A stretch of 64,000 nt of DNA from the human T2T-CHM13v2.0 reference genome, Homo sapiens (GCA_009914755.4 CP068257.2:32224001-32288000); one strand, 5' to 3'; positions 1 to 16,481 are shown, counted from the stretch's first letter. The notes: generated by a model not told the origin, from the sequence alone. Made by a program: numbers and translations.

Positions 1-292
1 GCACTTCTTTACGAAAACCCCACATAGGAAAAACCAGGCTTCCAGAGTGTCTCCTGACGTCTAGTTAGCTATTCCATTTCAGAGGGCTCCATAGCCTCTC
101 AGGAAGAATCTATTCTTTAAATTAAAAGCTCCCCAGGCATTTTTAAGTTGTATGACCTGATTCTCAAAAATGTTTCATTTATAAAAAATGAGCATCAGCT
201 ATAAGATATATATAGTGTCCGTGCAACTTAATGTTGGGCATACCACCTCTTAGAAGCTACCAGCTACCATGCTGTTGTTTTATGATGTCAAC

Positions 293-293
<1 letters not shown>

Positions 294-328
<35 letters not shown>
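294..328. repeat. (GT)n microsatellite, about 18 units
   Basis: A perfect gtgtgt... run. Confidence 0.95.
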
Positions 329-329
<1 letters not shown>

Positions 330-1547
330 CAGGCAGTGAGCAGCAACTTTCAGGTGACTTAACTGCCTACATCTGTAGCTTGGTGACAGTAGGTCAAACG
401 GTGAGTTCAGGGTACAGCCAGAAGGCAGATAAATACCGCTGTATAGAAGATTCTGGCAGAGGCTGACAGCTGCTATTTCCACATCTGCTTGGCACGTCGC
501 TTCTGAGTGATGTTGCAAGCCTCAAAAGAGATGTTCCTTATTTTGACTCAGACTATCATGTCTTTAAAAGCTGAACAGTTCCTTCTCTTGATGCCGTTTC
601 TCTGAACTCTGACCCAGGAGAGGGGAGAACACTTTTGATCTGCCAGTTTTCATCAAGGACGCTGTTTCCCTCAGTGAGAGGATGAAACCCCTGACGCCCC
701 TGCTTTCCCCTCCCATTTCCTATGCTGTCCTGTCCCCTTCTGATACCTGTCCCCACACACTCATGCACGCTGATCCACTGCGTTGCTTCCCAGGCCCCAC
801 CCAGAAAGTGAGGAAAGGCCTGGGCTGCGGTGGAGCGCAGGATGTTCTCTGCGGATTATTCAGTGAAGTCGAGATCTTAGAGAACATTGAGCATAAGGCC
901 TGCACCTATACAGCTGAGGGCACTGAGGGTCTCGGGAAACACAGTGATGTTCTCAAGTCAGCTTTTCAAATTCCGACAAGTCCTCGTTCTAGGCGTACCA
1001 TTTGATGCACAGATCTATGGACATGTGTGTCCATAATAGCCCCAGAGCTCCTGCCTCCACAGAACTGGTGGCTGCATCTTTGGAAAGATCGGGAAGGGGC
1101 CCCTCTTGCCTCATGTGATTTCCTCACTGGTGGGGTTACCATGGGAGTTTGGAGCCATTGGTAAGGATTCCAACACATTTTCAACGCACAAGCTTCATGC
1201 TGACCCGCCCCAGCCCTTTGTCCTTCTCTCCTCCACTGGGCGAGTTTGCCAGGCGCTCAGGCTTACTTAAGACACCCTCAGTCTGAGCCAAATGTAAGAA
1301 CATGTGCTGCTGTAGCTTCCCAATTTTCATTCCTGGCCTCCAGAAAAACATGGTGCTGTATATAACAACACGGCTTCTCTGCAAGTTCAGCCTAATATTT
1401 TACTCCATTTCTCTCATCATTTTGGAACATTCTATTTCCCTGTAGACCACCTGCCTATAGGAAGATAGTGATTCAGACGGAGCATCCACATAACTGCATC
1501 TGGGGACCTTATAGAGGCTAAGGAGCAATCCAGGATGGTGGCTCAGA

Positions 1548-1690
1548 GCACGGGTTCAAATCCCAGCTCTGCTACTTACTAGTGGTGTGATCTTGGGCAA
1601 GTTATGTAACCTCTTTGTGCTTCAGTTTCCTCATTTACATATGGAGAGATAATGATGACATCTAGCAGAAAATAAGCAGAGAATAATAGC
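1548..1690 (+). repeat. MIR SINE fragment
   Basis: MIR core 'ctgctacttactagtggtgtgatcttgggcaagttatgtaacctctttgtgcttcagtttcctcatttacatatggagagataatgatgaca'. Confidence 0.65.
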
Positions 1691-4600
1691 TTTGTTGCTG
1701 TTGTTTTTATTGGAGAGAAAAGGCATTTGTGCCTGGTCAGTGAGCATCATGGAATCCAATCAAGTGCCTTCTTTCATTAAACCAAAACAGCAGGTAGGTT
1801 GTGTGCATTTTTAAGACCTTTTAGAAAGTATGCTTTTATAGATTAGGAATTTCAGAGAGAAAAGATTGGACAGCTTCCCTAAAAACTTTGAGCTATCTCA
1901 TTGCAAGATTTGCCCTACCAATCCGTGCACGAACCCTGGCCCCCTTCCTGATAGCAGGAGGCCCACCGGTGGAAGCAAGCAGCTTTTTAAACGCCTTCGC
2001 TGCACTCCTGCAATGTGCAGAGACCTCTGGACCAAAGACCAGAGCCTACTCAGCAGACTCTTGGTTGATGTGGACAAGCTGCCTGTGTTTCACACGGTCG
2101 ACGGTGGGGAGGCCACCAGGGAAAATGGAATGTGCAGGGCTTTTAAATGTCACGTCTGGACTGTGTTGGCAGGCCCATGCAGCGCTCCACAATAAACCTG
2201 TCACAAATGCATTGAGTCACTGGGTCCTTTATTTCTCATCACGGCATTCTGTGCCCTTGTGTTCTCTTGCCAGCAAAGAATGGAACGTTCAGCCCCCTAG
2301 ACATGCCGGCTGCTGGATTTTTTAAGCAATCATCCAGCTTAGATAAGGGGCGTGGGCTGCTGGGGAATGCTGCCCCAAAGCGCTGTCTCCAGAGCAGCTG
2401 CCCCAGGCATGCTTAATTCCCTCCCTGCCCACTGTGTGCACCCCCAAGATGCCTCTCAATATCCAGACCTGCAGTTCCACTCTGTTTGTTAGGCCCCCCA
2501 GGAGAGCGAGCCTGCAGTCCGCCCCAGCAGAGGGGACCAGGCCAGGGATGCCTCTTTCCTCTCTGGAGTGTTACCTTGGAGTCCTGAGGCCCCGTGACAA
2601 GACCCCACACGGCCGAATCCTCAGTAACAGCCCTCCACTGACTTGGTATCCAGTGGGATTCCTCCCTCCATCCCATTCTCTAGGGGGCAGAAGCACATCT
2701 GCCCGTCCTGTCCGCCTCCCCTTCCATCCTGCATCCTGTCTTCTCCTCTCCCCGCCTCCTGCTGTGTGGCCCATGAGCCCAGGAGGGACCCAGTCTACTC
2801 TGTTTACCTCTCCCGCTGCCCACTGAGAGTCATGGCTGAGGTACATGGAACCGGCCTGGTCATAGGGCCGTGCTCAGCAGAACACAAGCAGAGGAGATGC
2901 CTAGAACTTTCAGGAGCAGGTGACAAGCAGCAGAGAAATGAGTGGGGGTTCCAGCTAGTGAAGGATGGGGTGGCACAGAGCATGACTGGGGGCCAGGGAT
3001 CCAGCCGAGAGGATGGCCCGAGAAAGCTCTCTGAAGAGGGGGGATGGAGACCTGGCTGCGGGGGAGGCACGTCCAAAGATCAAGGGGGAGGAGCTTTCTC
3101 GGCCCAAGGGACAGCAAGTGCAAAGGCCAGGGCTGAAGGAGCTGCTCCTGCCCCTCACAGAAGGATGACTGAGTCTTCGACCTGGTCTCTCTGCACCCAC
3201 TCTCTCCTTCCAGCTTCCCCCACGCTGCAGGCAGAGAGCTATTCTAAAAACATCACTTCTTATGCTTAAAATCATCCAGGGGATTCCCGGTCCTCCGAGA
3301 TAAAAGACCCGAATCTACTTGGTCTGCAAACCCTGCCTGATCTGCCCCCTTCTCCAGCCCTCTAACCTTCCCTCTCCTCATTTATTCCTATTTGTGCTGA
3401 ATTTTAGCACGGCTCAGTCGTCACCTCCTCGAGGAAGCCTTCCCTAACCCATGCATTCTTCTGTGCTTGCAGAGGGGAAACTGGGCTGACTGGTTACGGA
3501 GCTGCTCTACAGGAGCCTGCTCAGTGTTCTTTCTTCTGCCACCTTTGAGTCCCCGTCATGACCCGTCACGAAAGTCCAGGCTTTTGTTGCCCCCATGGCT
3601 TTCCAAATGGCCCTGTTGAAAACATCCCCTTTGACCCTCCAAACCACTTTATGGAAAGGTCCATTTTCATCATGGGAGTCCCTCCTCAGAGAGAGTCAGA
3701 ACCCACATCTGGTGCCCACTGTGGCATCGTGGGCCCACGTCAGCAGGAAGGGATGGGGGTGCAGGCAGGCAGTGTGGGCAAGGAGCCTCCCCCAGCCTTA
3801 GAGACTGAATGACTCAACCCCCCTTGTCTACCTCCCAGGGATCTTGTGTGCCCACATGTCCAATAGGGAGGTGGTGCTTGGGTCCAGGGACTTCCTTCAT
3901 CATCTAGCCTCACTCTGCTGTCCAGTCTCACCCAACCCAGAACCTTCCCTCCATCATGTCAGCCTCCACCACCACCCCAGAATTCTTGAGTCTCATTTAA
4001 GCCACTGGTATGCCCCAGCTGCAAATGCCTTTGCCCCACCTCCCCTGCCTTTCCTGCCCACCTGCCTTCACCTCTCCTGATTTCGCTGCCACCTCTCCTG
4101 CTCCATTAACTTGTAACAACTCAGCTCTTTTCTGAATTCCTTATCACACAGAAAGATGACTAGATAGAAAGGCTGATACAGAAATACATAGATACTCTTA
4201 CCTCCCCAGTTAGACTGTGAGCTCCTTGGAGGCAGGGCCCAAATCTTGTGGTTTGTTACATCCCCATTAAGACCTCCATGGTAACAACACTAATGAACAG
4301 CGATGGTACCTTGCCTTGTGTAGTTGTCTTATTGCAGGGCACCCTGCCTCCCTGCTGATTACAAACCAGAGGGCAGGTCCTACCTCCCACACGTGCATAT
4401 CCCCATGGCGCCTCACTCTTGCCAGTTGCTCAGGAAGTGCTGTGGCAGACAGTCCTGGGCTGCCCTTCTACCTGCCTGTTGTTCCACAGGCTTGGTCCTT
4501 CCTCCCCAGCTAGGCTGTGAGGGGCAGGACACGTCACAGTGTTCATTCTCCCTGCTGCGTGTAGCCTGGAACCCAGCACAAAACCTGTGCTTGAGTTTCC

Positions 4601-6360
4601 CTCCCCAGAAGGAAAGGAAATTGTAAACGAGGCACCATCGTTTACAAAATAAGTTCTCATGAAAAGACCCCAAAACAGGAAGTGAGCTTATGAAGCATAA
4701 GGATTGTTCTTCATCGTTCTTATAACCACCTTCAGTACTGTCTATTTATGTATGTATTTGGTTTTCTGTCTCCCCTACCAAAATGGAAGCCCCACAAAAG
4801 TAGGGGCCCCTGCGGATCTATGCAGCCGCTGTGAATGAGCAGGAAATGTCATGGCTCAGGTTGCCTCTTGGGTTCCTATGGGATCAGTTTGTTAAGTTAG
4901 GAGAGACCGACCCCAGGGAGCAGGCTATGGGTGCTTAGACCCTTCTGAAGAAAGTTCCATTGAGATGAGAAGTCCACCTGCCCCTCTGGACAGCTCAGAG
5001 CTGGTCTGGCCTCCAGAGCTTCCTGTGGGCTGGGGCTGTCCAGGAACCGGTCAGCCAAGGGTCATTTTCAGAGAAGGCCTGGCTGCCTTGGCCTAGACTG
5101 GCCACTGCCATCCCCCACCAGTCCCCACCAGCCCTGCGCTCCAAGGACAAGCACAACCTCTCAGCCTGATCTTGCAGGCATCTGCTGAGAGAGAAAAGCT
5201 TAAGGACCACCCTCAGGCCTGCCCTTTGAAAAGCCGGTGGTTTCCTCCTGATTCCATTTCCTGACATATCACCAGCATAGGTTTTATTCTTGATAGGGAA
5301 GGTCACCGTACATCGCTGGGATCTGCTGTTCCATTCATAAGATGAGGGCGTTGAGCAGAGAGAGTAGCCTTTGAAGCCATAGCCCATGCCTGGGGGTCAG
5401 TGGTGGCAGCGTGGCCTGAGGTGCAGCTTCAGAGGGCCCGAAGAGTGGAGTGTCAGATGGTCTCTGGGCTCAGAGAGATGGCGTTCTGTGGTTATAGCCA
5501 TTGAGCCTCTTGGACAATGGCTTGAGTGACCTGCCATGGGCTGGATTCAGCTCAGCAGTTGTGGCAGCTCTCATGATCCCTGGGCCTGGACGGATCAGTT
5601 TCCAAATCCCACCCGCTTTTCGCACCAGGTGTCTTGATTTCCAGGCCATCTTTCCTCTGATCTCCTGGCTGTACATGGGAACCACACGGGAGCTTTGCCG
5701 ATAACAGATGCCTGGACCCCACTCCAGCCAGTCCGGTTTAGTTGGTCTGGGGTACAGCAGGGGCACTGGGATTTTTAAAAACTCCTTGCGTGACCCCAGT
5801 GTGTGGCCAAACTCCAGGGCCACAGCCCCGTCCATGCCACACACAGCTGCCGCACTGATCCCCTGAAACACAGCCAAGACCTTCCCAGCTCCGCAGCCAG
5901 CGCCTCCTCGACTGGACTTCCCCACCTGTTAGGGCTGAACTGTGTCCCTCAGATTCACACGTTGAAGCCCAGGACATCAGAATATGACTTCGTTTGGAGA
6001 TAAATTCTTTAAAGAGGTGATGAAGTGAACACGAGGCTGTTAGGGTGAGCCCTAATTCCATCTGATGGGTGCTCTTAATAAGAGGGGGAAATGTGGACAC
6101 ACAGACGCTGGAGATGTGCATGCACAGAGGAAAGACCCTGCCGAGGAGAGAGGCCTCAGGAGGAACCAGCCCTGTTGTCACCTTGATCTTGGACTTTGTA
6201 TCTTTAGAACCATGAGGAAGTATATGTTGTTTAAGCGGCTGGGTCTGTGGCCTTTGTTATGGTCGCCTGAGCAGATTAGCGCACCAGCGAGGAGGAAGAG
6301 GCCTCCGGGGAAGAGCATGAGCTCTAGGGTCAGACTCCCTCTGCCATTTATCAACTGACT

Positions 6361-6490
6361 TACCCGCCCTGTGCCTCAGTTTCCCTGTCTGTTCAGTGGG
6401 GGATAACAACAGTATAGCTACCGCATAGGATTCCTGGTGAGGATTCAATGAGTTTGCACATGTGCAGCACCCGGCATTGTGAGCTCTGAG
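6361..6490 (+). repeat. MIR SINE fragment
   Basis: 'gtgcctcagtttccctgtctgttcagtgggggataacaacagtatagctaccgcataggattcctggtgaggattcaatgag'. Confidence 0.6.
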
Positions 6491-6707
6491 TGGCGTTCCA
6501 CCTGAACGCCCATGACTCACCATCACGCAGAGACTGCTTCCCTCCTCTGCACCTGCCCCCAGGGCTCCACGCCCCCGACTCCAATTTCTATTTACTCCCA
6601 TTCTTCCTCCCTCCATTTGAATCCCTCACCGCTGCCTGCCCCCTCACCACCGATATTAGCCTGCTGAAGTCCAACTCAAATTCCTCCTCCCCTGCTAAAT
6701 ATTTTCA

Positions 6708-7423
<716 letters not shown>

Positions 7424-9039
7424 TTAATTGTACATTTAAAAATAACTAAAACAGTGTAATTGGATTGTTTGTAACACAAAGGATAAATGCTTGAGGGGAC
7501 GGATACCCCATTCTTATGATGTGATTATTACACATTGCATCCCTGTACCAAAATAGCTCAGGTGCGCCATAAATATATACACCTACAATGTACCCACAAA
7601 ACTTAAAAATAAAACAAAAACCAACAGGCTCCTCCTTCATATTCCAATAAAAATGCATTTGTACTTTCATTATAACATGCCAGTCTGCCTTTGTACCCAA
7701 AAAACTTATTAACAGGAGCTACTCATACTACAGGAGAGGGCACAGTGAGAGCAGGAAGTCAGGGGTGGGACATAGAAGGGGCCTGGAATGAGCTGAAGCA
7801 TACCTACCACAGAGGATGTAAAGCTGTGCCAGGAATTCCAGTGCCCATTATGAAGCTATGAATGATACACCCTTTCACTCTCTGAAATGTGCATATTTAT
7901 GGAAAATTAAGAGATGATTTATCCCTGAGAAGAATTTGATCTTCACCACTTCTCAGCAGTAATTAAACTGCCTGGCAACCCCTGTGGACTGGATTCCCCT
8001 CCTTGGGAGAAAACAAAGCTTATTTGGAGTTACATTGGCACTTTTAAGCATCTGGGTTACATCTGAATGGAAGCCTCCCGAGGACCCAGCTACATGGGGC
8101 AAGATGTGTCACCAGGACAGGCTGGGTGGGATACCTGAGCTCTGCTGGACCCACGAGGGTCTCTGGTGCCTTTGGGGGCATTCCTTCCCCTCTCACCTCT
8201 GTGCCCACCGGCTTCTCCAGACCCCATTAAAAATCGCATCTTGAGGATTTGCAACTCCGAGGTCTCAAGGACTGATAACCGCTTGGAGTGATGCCCTGTG
8301 CAAAGTGCCTGCAACTCAGCAAGGATCCAAGTTGGCCTGGGACTCCCAGGTCTAGCAACCAGCAGGCTCCCAAAGGACAAGGACCCGGACTGCCTCCTTC
8401 TCACTGAACCCCGGGGCCGAGCGTGGATGCTGCTTCACAGCAGGAGTACACAACTTCATGGCTTGGAGAACGCTGGGGTTTCAGACATCAGCTGCAGGGT
8501 AAAGGGACATAGTGTTTGGCCAGAGAACTTTCTTCACGTCATATCCATGTGGCTTCATCTGCTTTTCCTACACGACAGGCCACCCCACACCTACCAGGAG
8601 AGGCCCAGGGTGTTGAAGGGAGTGCAGTTAGATTAATTTGCCCAGGAGAAGCCAGTGCAGCTCTGGGGTGCATGGGCTCACCTGGCAGGAGAGACTTGGT
8701 CCATGGGGAGAAGCCTGCAGTATAGATGGGACCTCCAGGAGCCCAAGTAGCATAGACCCTGCTGATCCGGGGCCATTGAGCCAGAGGATTTGGGCTGAAT
8801 GTCCCCAGAGACAAAAGGGAAAGGTAGATCCTTTCCCTTAAAGATGAAAGCCATCGCCCGGGCTTGCTTATTGCTCTCTCTCCTGGTCCTTCCACATGTT
8901 GTTTCTGAACATTTGTTCTGGCATCACAATCCCCGTCACCCTGTCATCTGGCCCTTCCCACCTTTCCACCTTATCTCTTGCAGTGTCTCCGCGTCGACCT
9001 GGCACCTGGGTGAAGGCTTGCTCTTGCTGGTGCCCATAG

Positions 9040-9882
<843 letters not shown>

Positions 9883-12800
9883 TGCTTGCTATTAATATTT
9901 TTAATTTAATTTTCCTGTTGTGTCTCTCCCAAGATTGTGAGTTTCCCTGAGGACAAGGACAGTATCTTGCTTATTTCTGCGTCTCTTGGACTTCAGAGGA
10001 ACTTAATAAATATTTATGGACCACCTTATTGCATATTTTGGCCCCTTTCATACAGGAACAAGGTCTGTTTATTTGCTTTGCTCAATGGGCAACTTGCTGT
10101 GGGGGCTGGCTTCGTTTTCAAAATTCTGCTTCTCATTGGGAAAGGTAGAATAATTGGAGGTGTGGAGATGGGTGAGGTGCACTTTTTACCCTGAATGCTC
10201 TGTAGCCCTTGAAATTTTAATAATCAGCATGTGTTTATGTATTACTTTTGTAATAAAACAAGTTCTTGAAATGATGCTGTTCATACAAATATCAGTTGAG
10301 GGAAGCAAGATGACCTTTTATTGGTAAGGTTTTTTTTTCCCCGTGATTTTCTCCAGGGCCTAGACTCAAAAAATCCTTCCAGAAGGCCATCACATCTCTC
10401 TCCATTTCGTAAATGTGTCTAACTAGGCAACATCTAAGGGACGGCACACAGATTAGGAATTTTATGTGGGCTATAATAGGGGATCATTTGTAACCGCCTG
10501 GAGTCATTTGCAATATTATTTCAGCTGTGTGTGGATTTCAGTTAGTTTTGAGAATCCTTCTGTCACACCAAGATGTTCATGGAAAACCATTTGATGTGTT
10601 TTCTCCTCTCGTTTTTCCCTGGGAAAGGGGGCCAGAAACCATGTTTATCCTAGGACCCAAAAGAGGAAAAGGCCACGTCCCTCCACCCCTAAAGAAAACG
10701 CTTTTATTTGAAATGTCTTTTCCATTTACCCTACTTTGAATAATGGAGTTTTTAAACTCACTTGTTTTTCTAAATATTAAATTTTCAAAGGAAGAATATT
10801 TTTGAGTTCAAAATGCCTATTTCAAATCTTTAATGGTTCTCTTGGTCTGGCATTCACCAGCAAGTTTTAAAGCAGCCTCCCATGGGTCAATTTGATGGCT
10901 AAAAAGATGATTCCAAGCCAACATCATTGGCACATAATGTAAAGAAGACTCTCCCCACAAAACTTTTGCTTTTCATTGTGTTCTGCAGTGGCCATCAGGG
11001 CCATCCCCCTGTCTCCAGGCAGGGTGGTAGGTGGACCTGCGAGAGGTGGAATTTGGTGGGGGCAAGCAGCCCAGACTTGCCCAGCGCTTCCCCTGACCTC
11101 CAAGCTCCATCAGCTCTGACTTGGGCCTTGCAAAGTGTTTGGACCAGAGGCCAACGCTACCTGGAGCAGGAGGCCACGCAGCAGCCCTCCAGCTTGTCCC
11201 CAACTGGCCCCAGGCTCCTGGGATTCTTGGACAAATGGCCCAAATTTACCCTGAACCTTCTGCTGTTGCTCTGGCTCTGAGCTTCTTCACAACCTGCACC
11301 GTGTAAAACTTGAAGACTCAGAAGAGCTTCTGAAATCCAAAGCAAGCCAGGACTTTTCCCCATAGGTCCTTCTTTCCGATTCCTCATCATTCTACGCGTG
11401 TCTGCTGGTCCCTCGCACCTCCATGCTGCAGACTGGAACTCTGGTCGGGTTGTCAGTTTCAAGTAACACTAGTGTTTCTCAACAGGGTGCTCGTCTATTG
11501 GCATTTGGGGTGGGCAGTTCTGTGTCCTGCATGTTGTGGGTCATTTAGCAGCCCTGGCCAGCCTGCCAGATTCTACTATGACAACCAAGAACACACTCTC
11601 AGCCCTGGGACTGGAGTGGGATGCAGTGCAAACCTCAGCCTTTGGGGAGTGGGGACAGTACTGACCTCAACATGGTGGGGAAGAGCACCACCTTCAGCGG
11701 AGGGTGGGGCAGTAGCACCGCCTGCTGAGGACCACCAGTCCCCCAGGTTCTTCGCTATGCCCTGGAGGGCAGGAGTCTCTCCTCTTCTGTCCTGAATCCC
11801 CAGCACCCAGAGTGGTTAGTCCTAGCCTCATAGTAGGACATCAGTAAATATTTGCCCAATGAATGAATAAGATCTATGAACAGTCTTCAAAAGGGCCTGT
11901 GAACCCAATGAAAGTGTGCCCTAAAGGTGTGCATTGTACACATGTATTCGCTGCAGCAAGAACCCATAACTTCCCTCAGATTCTTCAAGGCAACTGTGGG
12001 GCATCCTTAAAGGGACATTCAGAAAACTGGTCCAGCCAGTGGCCACTACGGGCCTGATGTTTCTGTAGCTGCAAACATCACCGCACCGTGTTTGTGCAGT
12101 GACTTTTAGAGCTACCACTCTGTGTCAATATTCTAATCTCCCTGCAGAAGGGACCATCCTGAACGCTCCAGGGACTCTGCTTCCGTGAGAGGGCATCCAA
12201 GTTGCCTAATGCAGGGGCTGCATTCAGCCCTTCAACAAGAAATGGCCTGAGGCCCGGGCCCTTTCACTCACTCACAGGAGAGTGGGGTAAAAAGAGGGCA
12301 GGAACAAGATATGTTTCCCCCCAAACTCGAGTGTTTCTTGGGTGACCTTCCCAATAAAAGTCAAAGAACTCGGAGACATCACTCAGCTTGCCACAAACCC
12401 AAGCTCACACAGCAGCTTGGCTGAACTGAATGAGTGAGCCCCGTGGCCTGCCTCCTTCCTGAGAGTTCATTGTTGGTGCAGCTGTTTTAATAAAAGACAA
12501 TCTATGCCCTGAGGCAGGAAGAACAGTTGGGCCAAACCCGTGGCTGAGCAGAGGGCTCAAGCTCAGACACATCTGCAGACCTGTGCAAAAGTGCGAGCTC
12601 ACCTTGCAGCCCTGGAGAATTCTGCTTGACCTCAGGGCAGGGGACTCTGAGTGAGGTCGAGGGTGTTGATATAATGATGACTCATTTCTGCTGCTTTCCC
12701 AGCATTCTCCTGCTGGTCTTGGGTTGTTCCTGTCCCAGCAAGAGAAGCTACAGCATCCAGAAAGGACAATTGGCCCAGAGAACGGACAAAACCAAGGGCT

Positions 12801-13812
12801 GGAAGCACCACAACCCGAGAGTTAACCTCTAAAGCAGCAAAGCATTTGCCAAGAAATCTCTGATATCATTTGGCCCAGAGGGATCATACAATTTGCAGAA
12901 GCTTTCAGCATATAGGCTAGATCAGTCATGACCCCAGATAACTCCCTTGAGAGAAGATGGAAACTCGAGGAACCCCTGCTAGGCCAGAGCAGGCTTCTTG
13001 AACATTAGTGCGCCAAAAAACAATCCTCTGGAGAGCTTGTTACATCACAGATACCCAGCCCCCAACTCCAGAGTCACTTCAGCCGGGGCATCTCTAGCAA
13101 GCTCCTAGGTGACGCTGATGCTGCCAGCCTGGGGACCACGCTTTGACAACCACTGGTCCCCAGCAGGGGGTTTTGCACTGTGCTCCATTGTGCCCCCTTG
13201 AGGGGAACAGAAGGGATGGGAAGAACAAGTAAAGGGGATTCAGCCCGGACTCTCCCACCTACATTCGGGACACCTCTGGGTCTGTCTTCCAAGTCTGGCT
13301 TCTGTGATTAAATAAAGAACCTCTGATAAAAAAGAGAGGTGGGTCCAGGCCTGCACATGGGATGCTCCCAAGAACCAAGCCTCCCTCCTGCTCATTCCAG
13401 TGTGTCTGGGGCAGGAGGCTCAAATGTTCAAACAAAACCCCAAATAACAAGCTAAGTGGGCAGAGTCATGAGTGAGCCCCACTTCCAGTGCAGGCACCAT
13501 CTCAGGGCAGTGGAGTGGCCCTTCCCGTCGGGCAGCCTTGGCCTCCATGATGGTCTTGTGCCAGGCTCTCTGCAGTGGGAAGGACTACCCTCTCTGTGGC
13601 AAGCATGCTGCTCAGCTGCCCCAGGGGCCAGGCAGCAGCCTTGTCCAGGAGAGTGTGCCCAGTGCTGTCTGGAGGCACCCTGCATCTGCCTGGTCCCCAG
13701 GACCATCAGAGCCTCAGCACAGCCACCTCATCCTCCACAAACCAACCTCGACATGGATAACCCATGGCCTCCTGGAGCTCGGGGATAGAGCACAGCCTCT
13801 GCAGCCCAAGTC

Positions 13813-13950
13813 TCAGGGTTTGGCTCTTGCCTTCACCACTTCCAAGCTGAGAGACCTGGGGCCAGTCAACCTGTGTAAACCTCGGTGTCCTCGTCTGTGA
13901 AATGGGGATAATTCTAGTATAATACTTGAGCATTAAATGCAGTTCACCAC
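13813..13950 (+). repeat. MIR SINE fragment
   Basis: 'cttccaagctgagagacctggggccagtcaacctgtgtaaacctcggtgtcctcgtctgtgaaatggggataattctagtataatacttgagcattaaatgc'. Confidence 0.6.
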
Positions 13951-14029
13951 CTGACATGGTGTGAGCCCTCCAGAGTTTTGGCCAATCGTCATTAAGTGTT
14001 TTGTTTTCACATTATTTTCGTGTTTCTGA

Positions 14030-14440
14030 TGAAGCAGGAGTGTGCCGCCTGTATCAGTTTCTAGGGTGCCCTAACAAACGACCACAAACGGGGGGACTTA
14101 AAACAATAAGAATTTATTGCCATACATTCCTGGAGGCCGGAAGTCTAAAATGGAAGATGCTGGCAGGTGCCAGCCTCACTCTGAGGGCTCGGGGTGTGTC
14201 TTGGTTTGGAAACACATCACTCCAGGTTCTGCCTGTCTGTCTCTGTCTTCTTCTCATAAGGACACTGATCATATAGGGTCAGGACCCAACCCTGAGTATG
14301 ACTTTATCTTAATTTGATTATATATGAAAAGACTATTTCCAAATAAGGTAACGTTCACAGGTACCAGGGGGTAGGGCTTCCACATATTACTGGGGAGGAC
14401 ACATTTCAGCCCATGACCCCACTGGACTGGAGCAAGCCCT
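14030..14440. repeat. Ancient interspersed repeat; family not confidently assigned
   Basis: Matches a widely dispersed consensus: '...ctgtatcagtttctagggtgccctaacaaa...cttaaaacaataagaatttattgcc...ttcctggaggccggaagtctaaaatg...aggacccaaccctgagtatgactttatcttaatttgatt...tttccaaataaggtaacgttcacaggtaccagggggtagggcttccacatat...'. Confidence 0.4.
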
Positions 14441-14531
14441 CAGGGCCCAGCAGCCACGAGGATCTTCCGTGTGAAGTTGTGTGGGCTTCCCCAGACTGTG
14501 CTAAGTTCTCCCAAATGGTTGTGTTTTCCAG

Positions 14532-14653
14532 GGTGTTCAGACTTACATCTCTTGGATATGTTGACCCCAACTGAAAGAAAGCGACAAGGATACATCCACG
14601 AGCTCATTGTCACCGAGGAGAACTATGTGAATGACCTGCAGCTGGTCACAGAG
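14532..14653 (+). CDS. ITSN1: ITSN1 long-isoform coding exon (start of DH/RhoGEF domain); enters in phase 1, leaves in phase 0
   Basis: Acceptor ttttccag|GG. Translation (W)[40 protein letters not shown] matches intersectin-1 long isoform. Donor GAG|gtaagg. Coordinates checked against ORF 14471..14740 frame. Confidence 0.9.
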
Positions 14654-16481
14654 GTAAGGGAGCTGGTGGGGCAGGGGGCACGGCAGGGGGCGATGACGGA
14701 GGGAGAGGGGAGGGTTCCGTCAAGGAGGTCTATGTCCTGATTCTGAGCCCAAGAAACTTTCTGATGTTTGAGGAGCATCTGGATGGCAAATGCTATAGGA
14801 GATTGCGACCGCAGAGACGGTTCGTTGCTTATCCATGGCCAACATTGAGTCATTCCCACAGAGGGACAGAGATCACTTAGCCAAGGGCAAGTGAGTCCCT
14901 GAGCAGTTGATGGATGGAGTCATGTGAACTGAGAGTCTGGAGTCCACGCTCTACTCAGAGCAGCTGCAGCTCAGCCACCAACCAGGAGGTGCCATGGAGC
15001 CAGCCACGCCGCCCTCCTGGCCCGCAGTGTTGGCATCTGGAAATGGGGGGCCATCTGGCCGCTGTCTCGAGTCATTCCTGCCATATGTTACCCTGAGACA
15101 AACCTGTCACTGAGAATGGCAACGTTTCCTCCCAGGCCCCCACAAAAGCCCCTGACCTGAGTGATGCCTCCTCATCTTGTCAGTCCTCCCAGAAGGGCCC
15201 TGGCCACCTCATCCAGAACTATGGGGAGATGCGGAGCCCGGCGCTCCTGCTGCTCAGCAGGCCTTTTGTCCACGTCCATGGGAAGATGCCATATTGGGAG
15301 ACAGGGATTTGCAGAGATGGACCTGCAGTTTGGAGAGTGCTGTGGTAGTCTGGCAACCACCACACCAAACGGGTGTGAAACCATCTTGTCTGATAGTCTT
15401 AACATCCAGGAAAGACGCAGCAGGGCTCGCCGCTGTTGGAGGAGTACAGGGTGGGTTGTTAGCTGCAGGACCACCATTAATACTTAGGAAGCATTGATGC
15501 AAACTCAAAAAGGTGCCCCTTTCTCAAGGTGTTTGACTGTTATTAAATATGCAGTTCAGGATGTCCAGGGTGCAAGTGTCACTCCTTAGATATGGCTCCT
15601 TTTTGCACTCTGCAAAACGCACCACCATATGTGGTTGCCCTGGTACATGCCGGGTTCAACGTCGGCTTAAGGACTCCTGTGGAATAGGACTCCCAGGGAG
15701 CAGCCGCAGCCCAGCCAAGTTTATGTCGAAGATGGGCTGTCCCCTTCCCTAAAGAGCCTTCAGAAGCGCCTCCTGTGGGAGAAAATGACCTCCTTGCAGG
15801 CGGGGGCTTGCAAGTGGAACACGGGGTTCCACTGAGATCTGTGATTTACTGAGAGTTGCTCAACCACACAGAGCTTGGAGGGGCTCATTCATTTTCCAGA
15901 GCCCAGGAGAAGGGCAGCACTCACCCCCTTGTAGCGGGCCTGCAAGTGCTGGGTCTGTCCAGGGTCAGCCCAGGAGGCTGAGGACACAGCGATGGAGTCA
16001 GTCACCGAGGTGGCCACTGGCTTATTAGAGGAGCTGCCGCCTGGGCTGCTCCTCTCAGAAGGCCCTCGGTTTACCTATGCAGATGAAGGGACTGTCCACA
16101 GCCACCGGCACCTTTAAGCCCCGCTTTTCACACCGGTCCAGCCCCTCCCAGTGCGCAGGTGAGACCGCTTAGCCTGCGTGCATGACTTGGTACCGGCCTC
16201 CCTGCTTTTCTGGTGGAGTTAAGACCTGTCTCCTGGAGACTTCAGCTGCCCTCCTTCCCCTGTAAAACAATACAGGCCCTGCTGGGGACCCCCCTCCGGT
16301 TTCCAGGGCAGAGGAGGGGCTCTCTGCTTCAGAAACTGCAGGAAAGCAGGCGTTCACCTCTGGGCCTCTCAGCCAAGGTACAGACACCTGAGCCCTTTCC
16401 CTGCTCTCAGCGCATCGGCGTGTGAGTGTGTGAGTTTTAAGCTAACTGCTTTCTGAACTGCTTCGTTTTCTGCATCTGTAG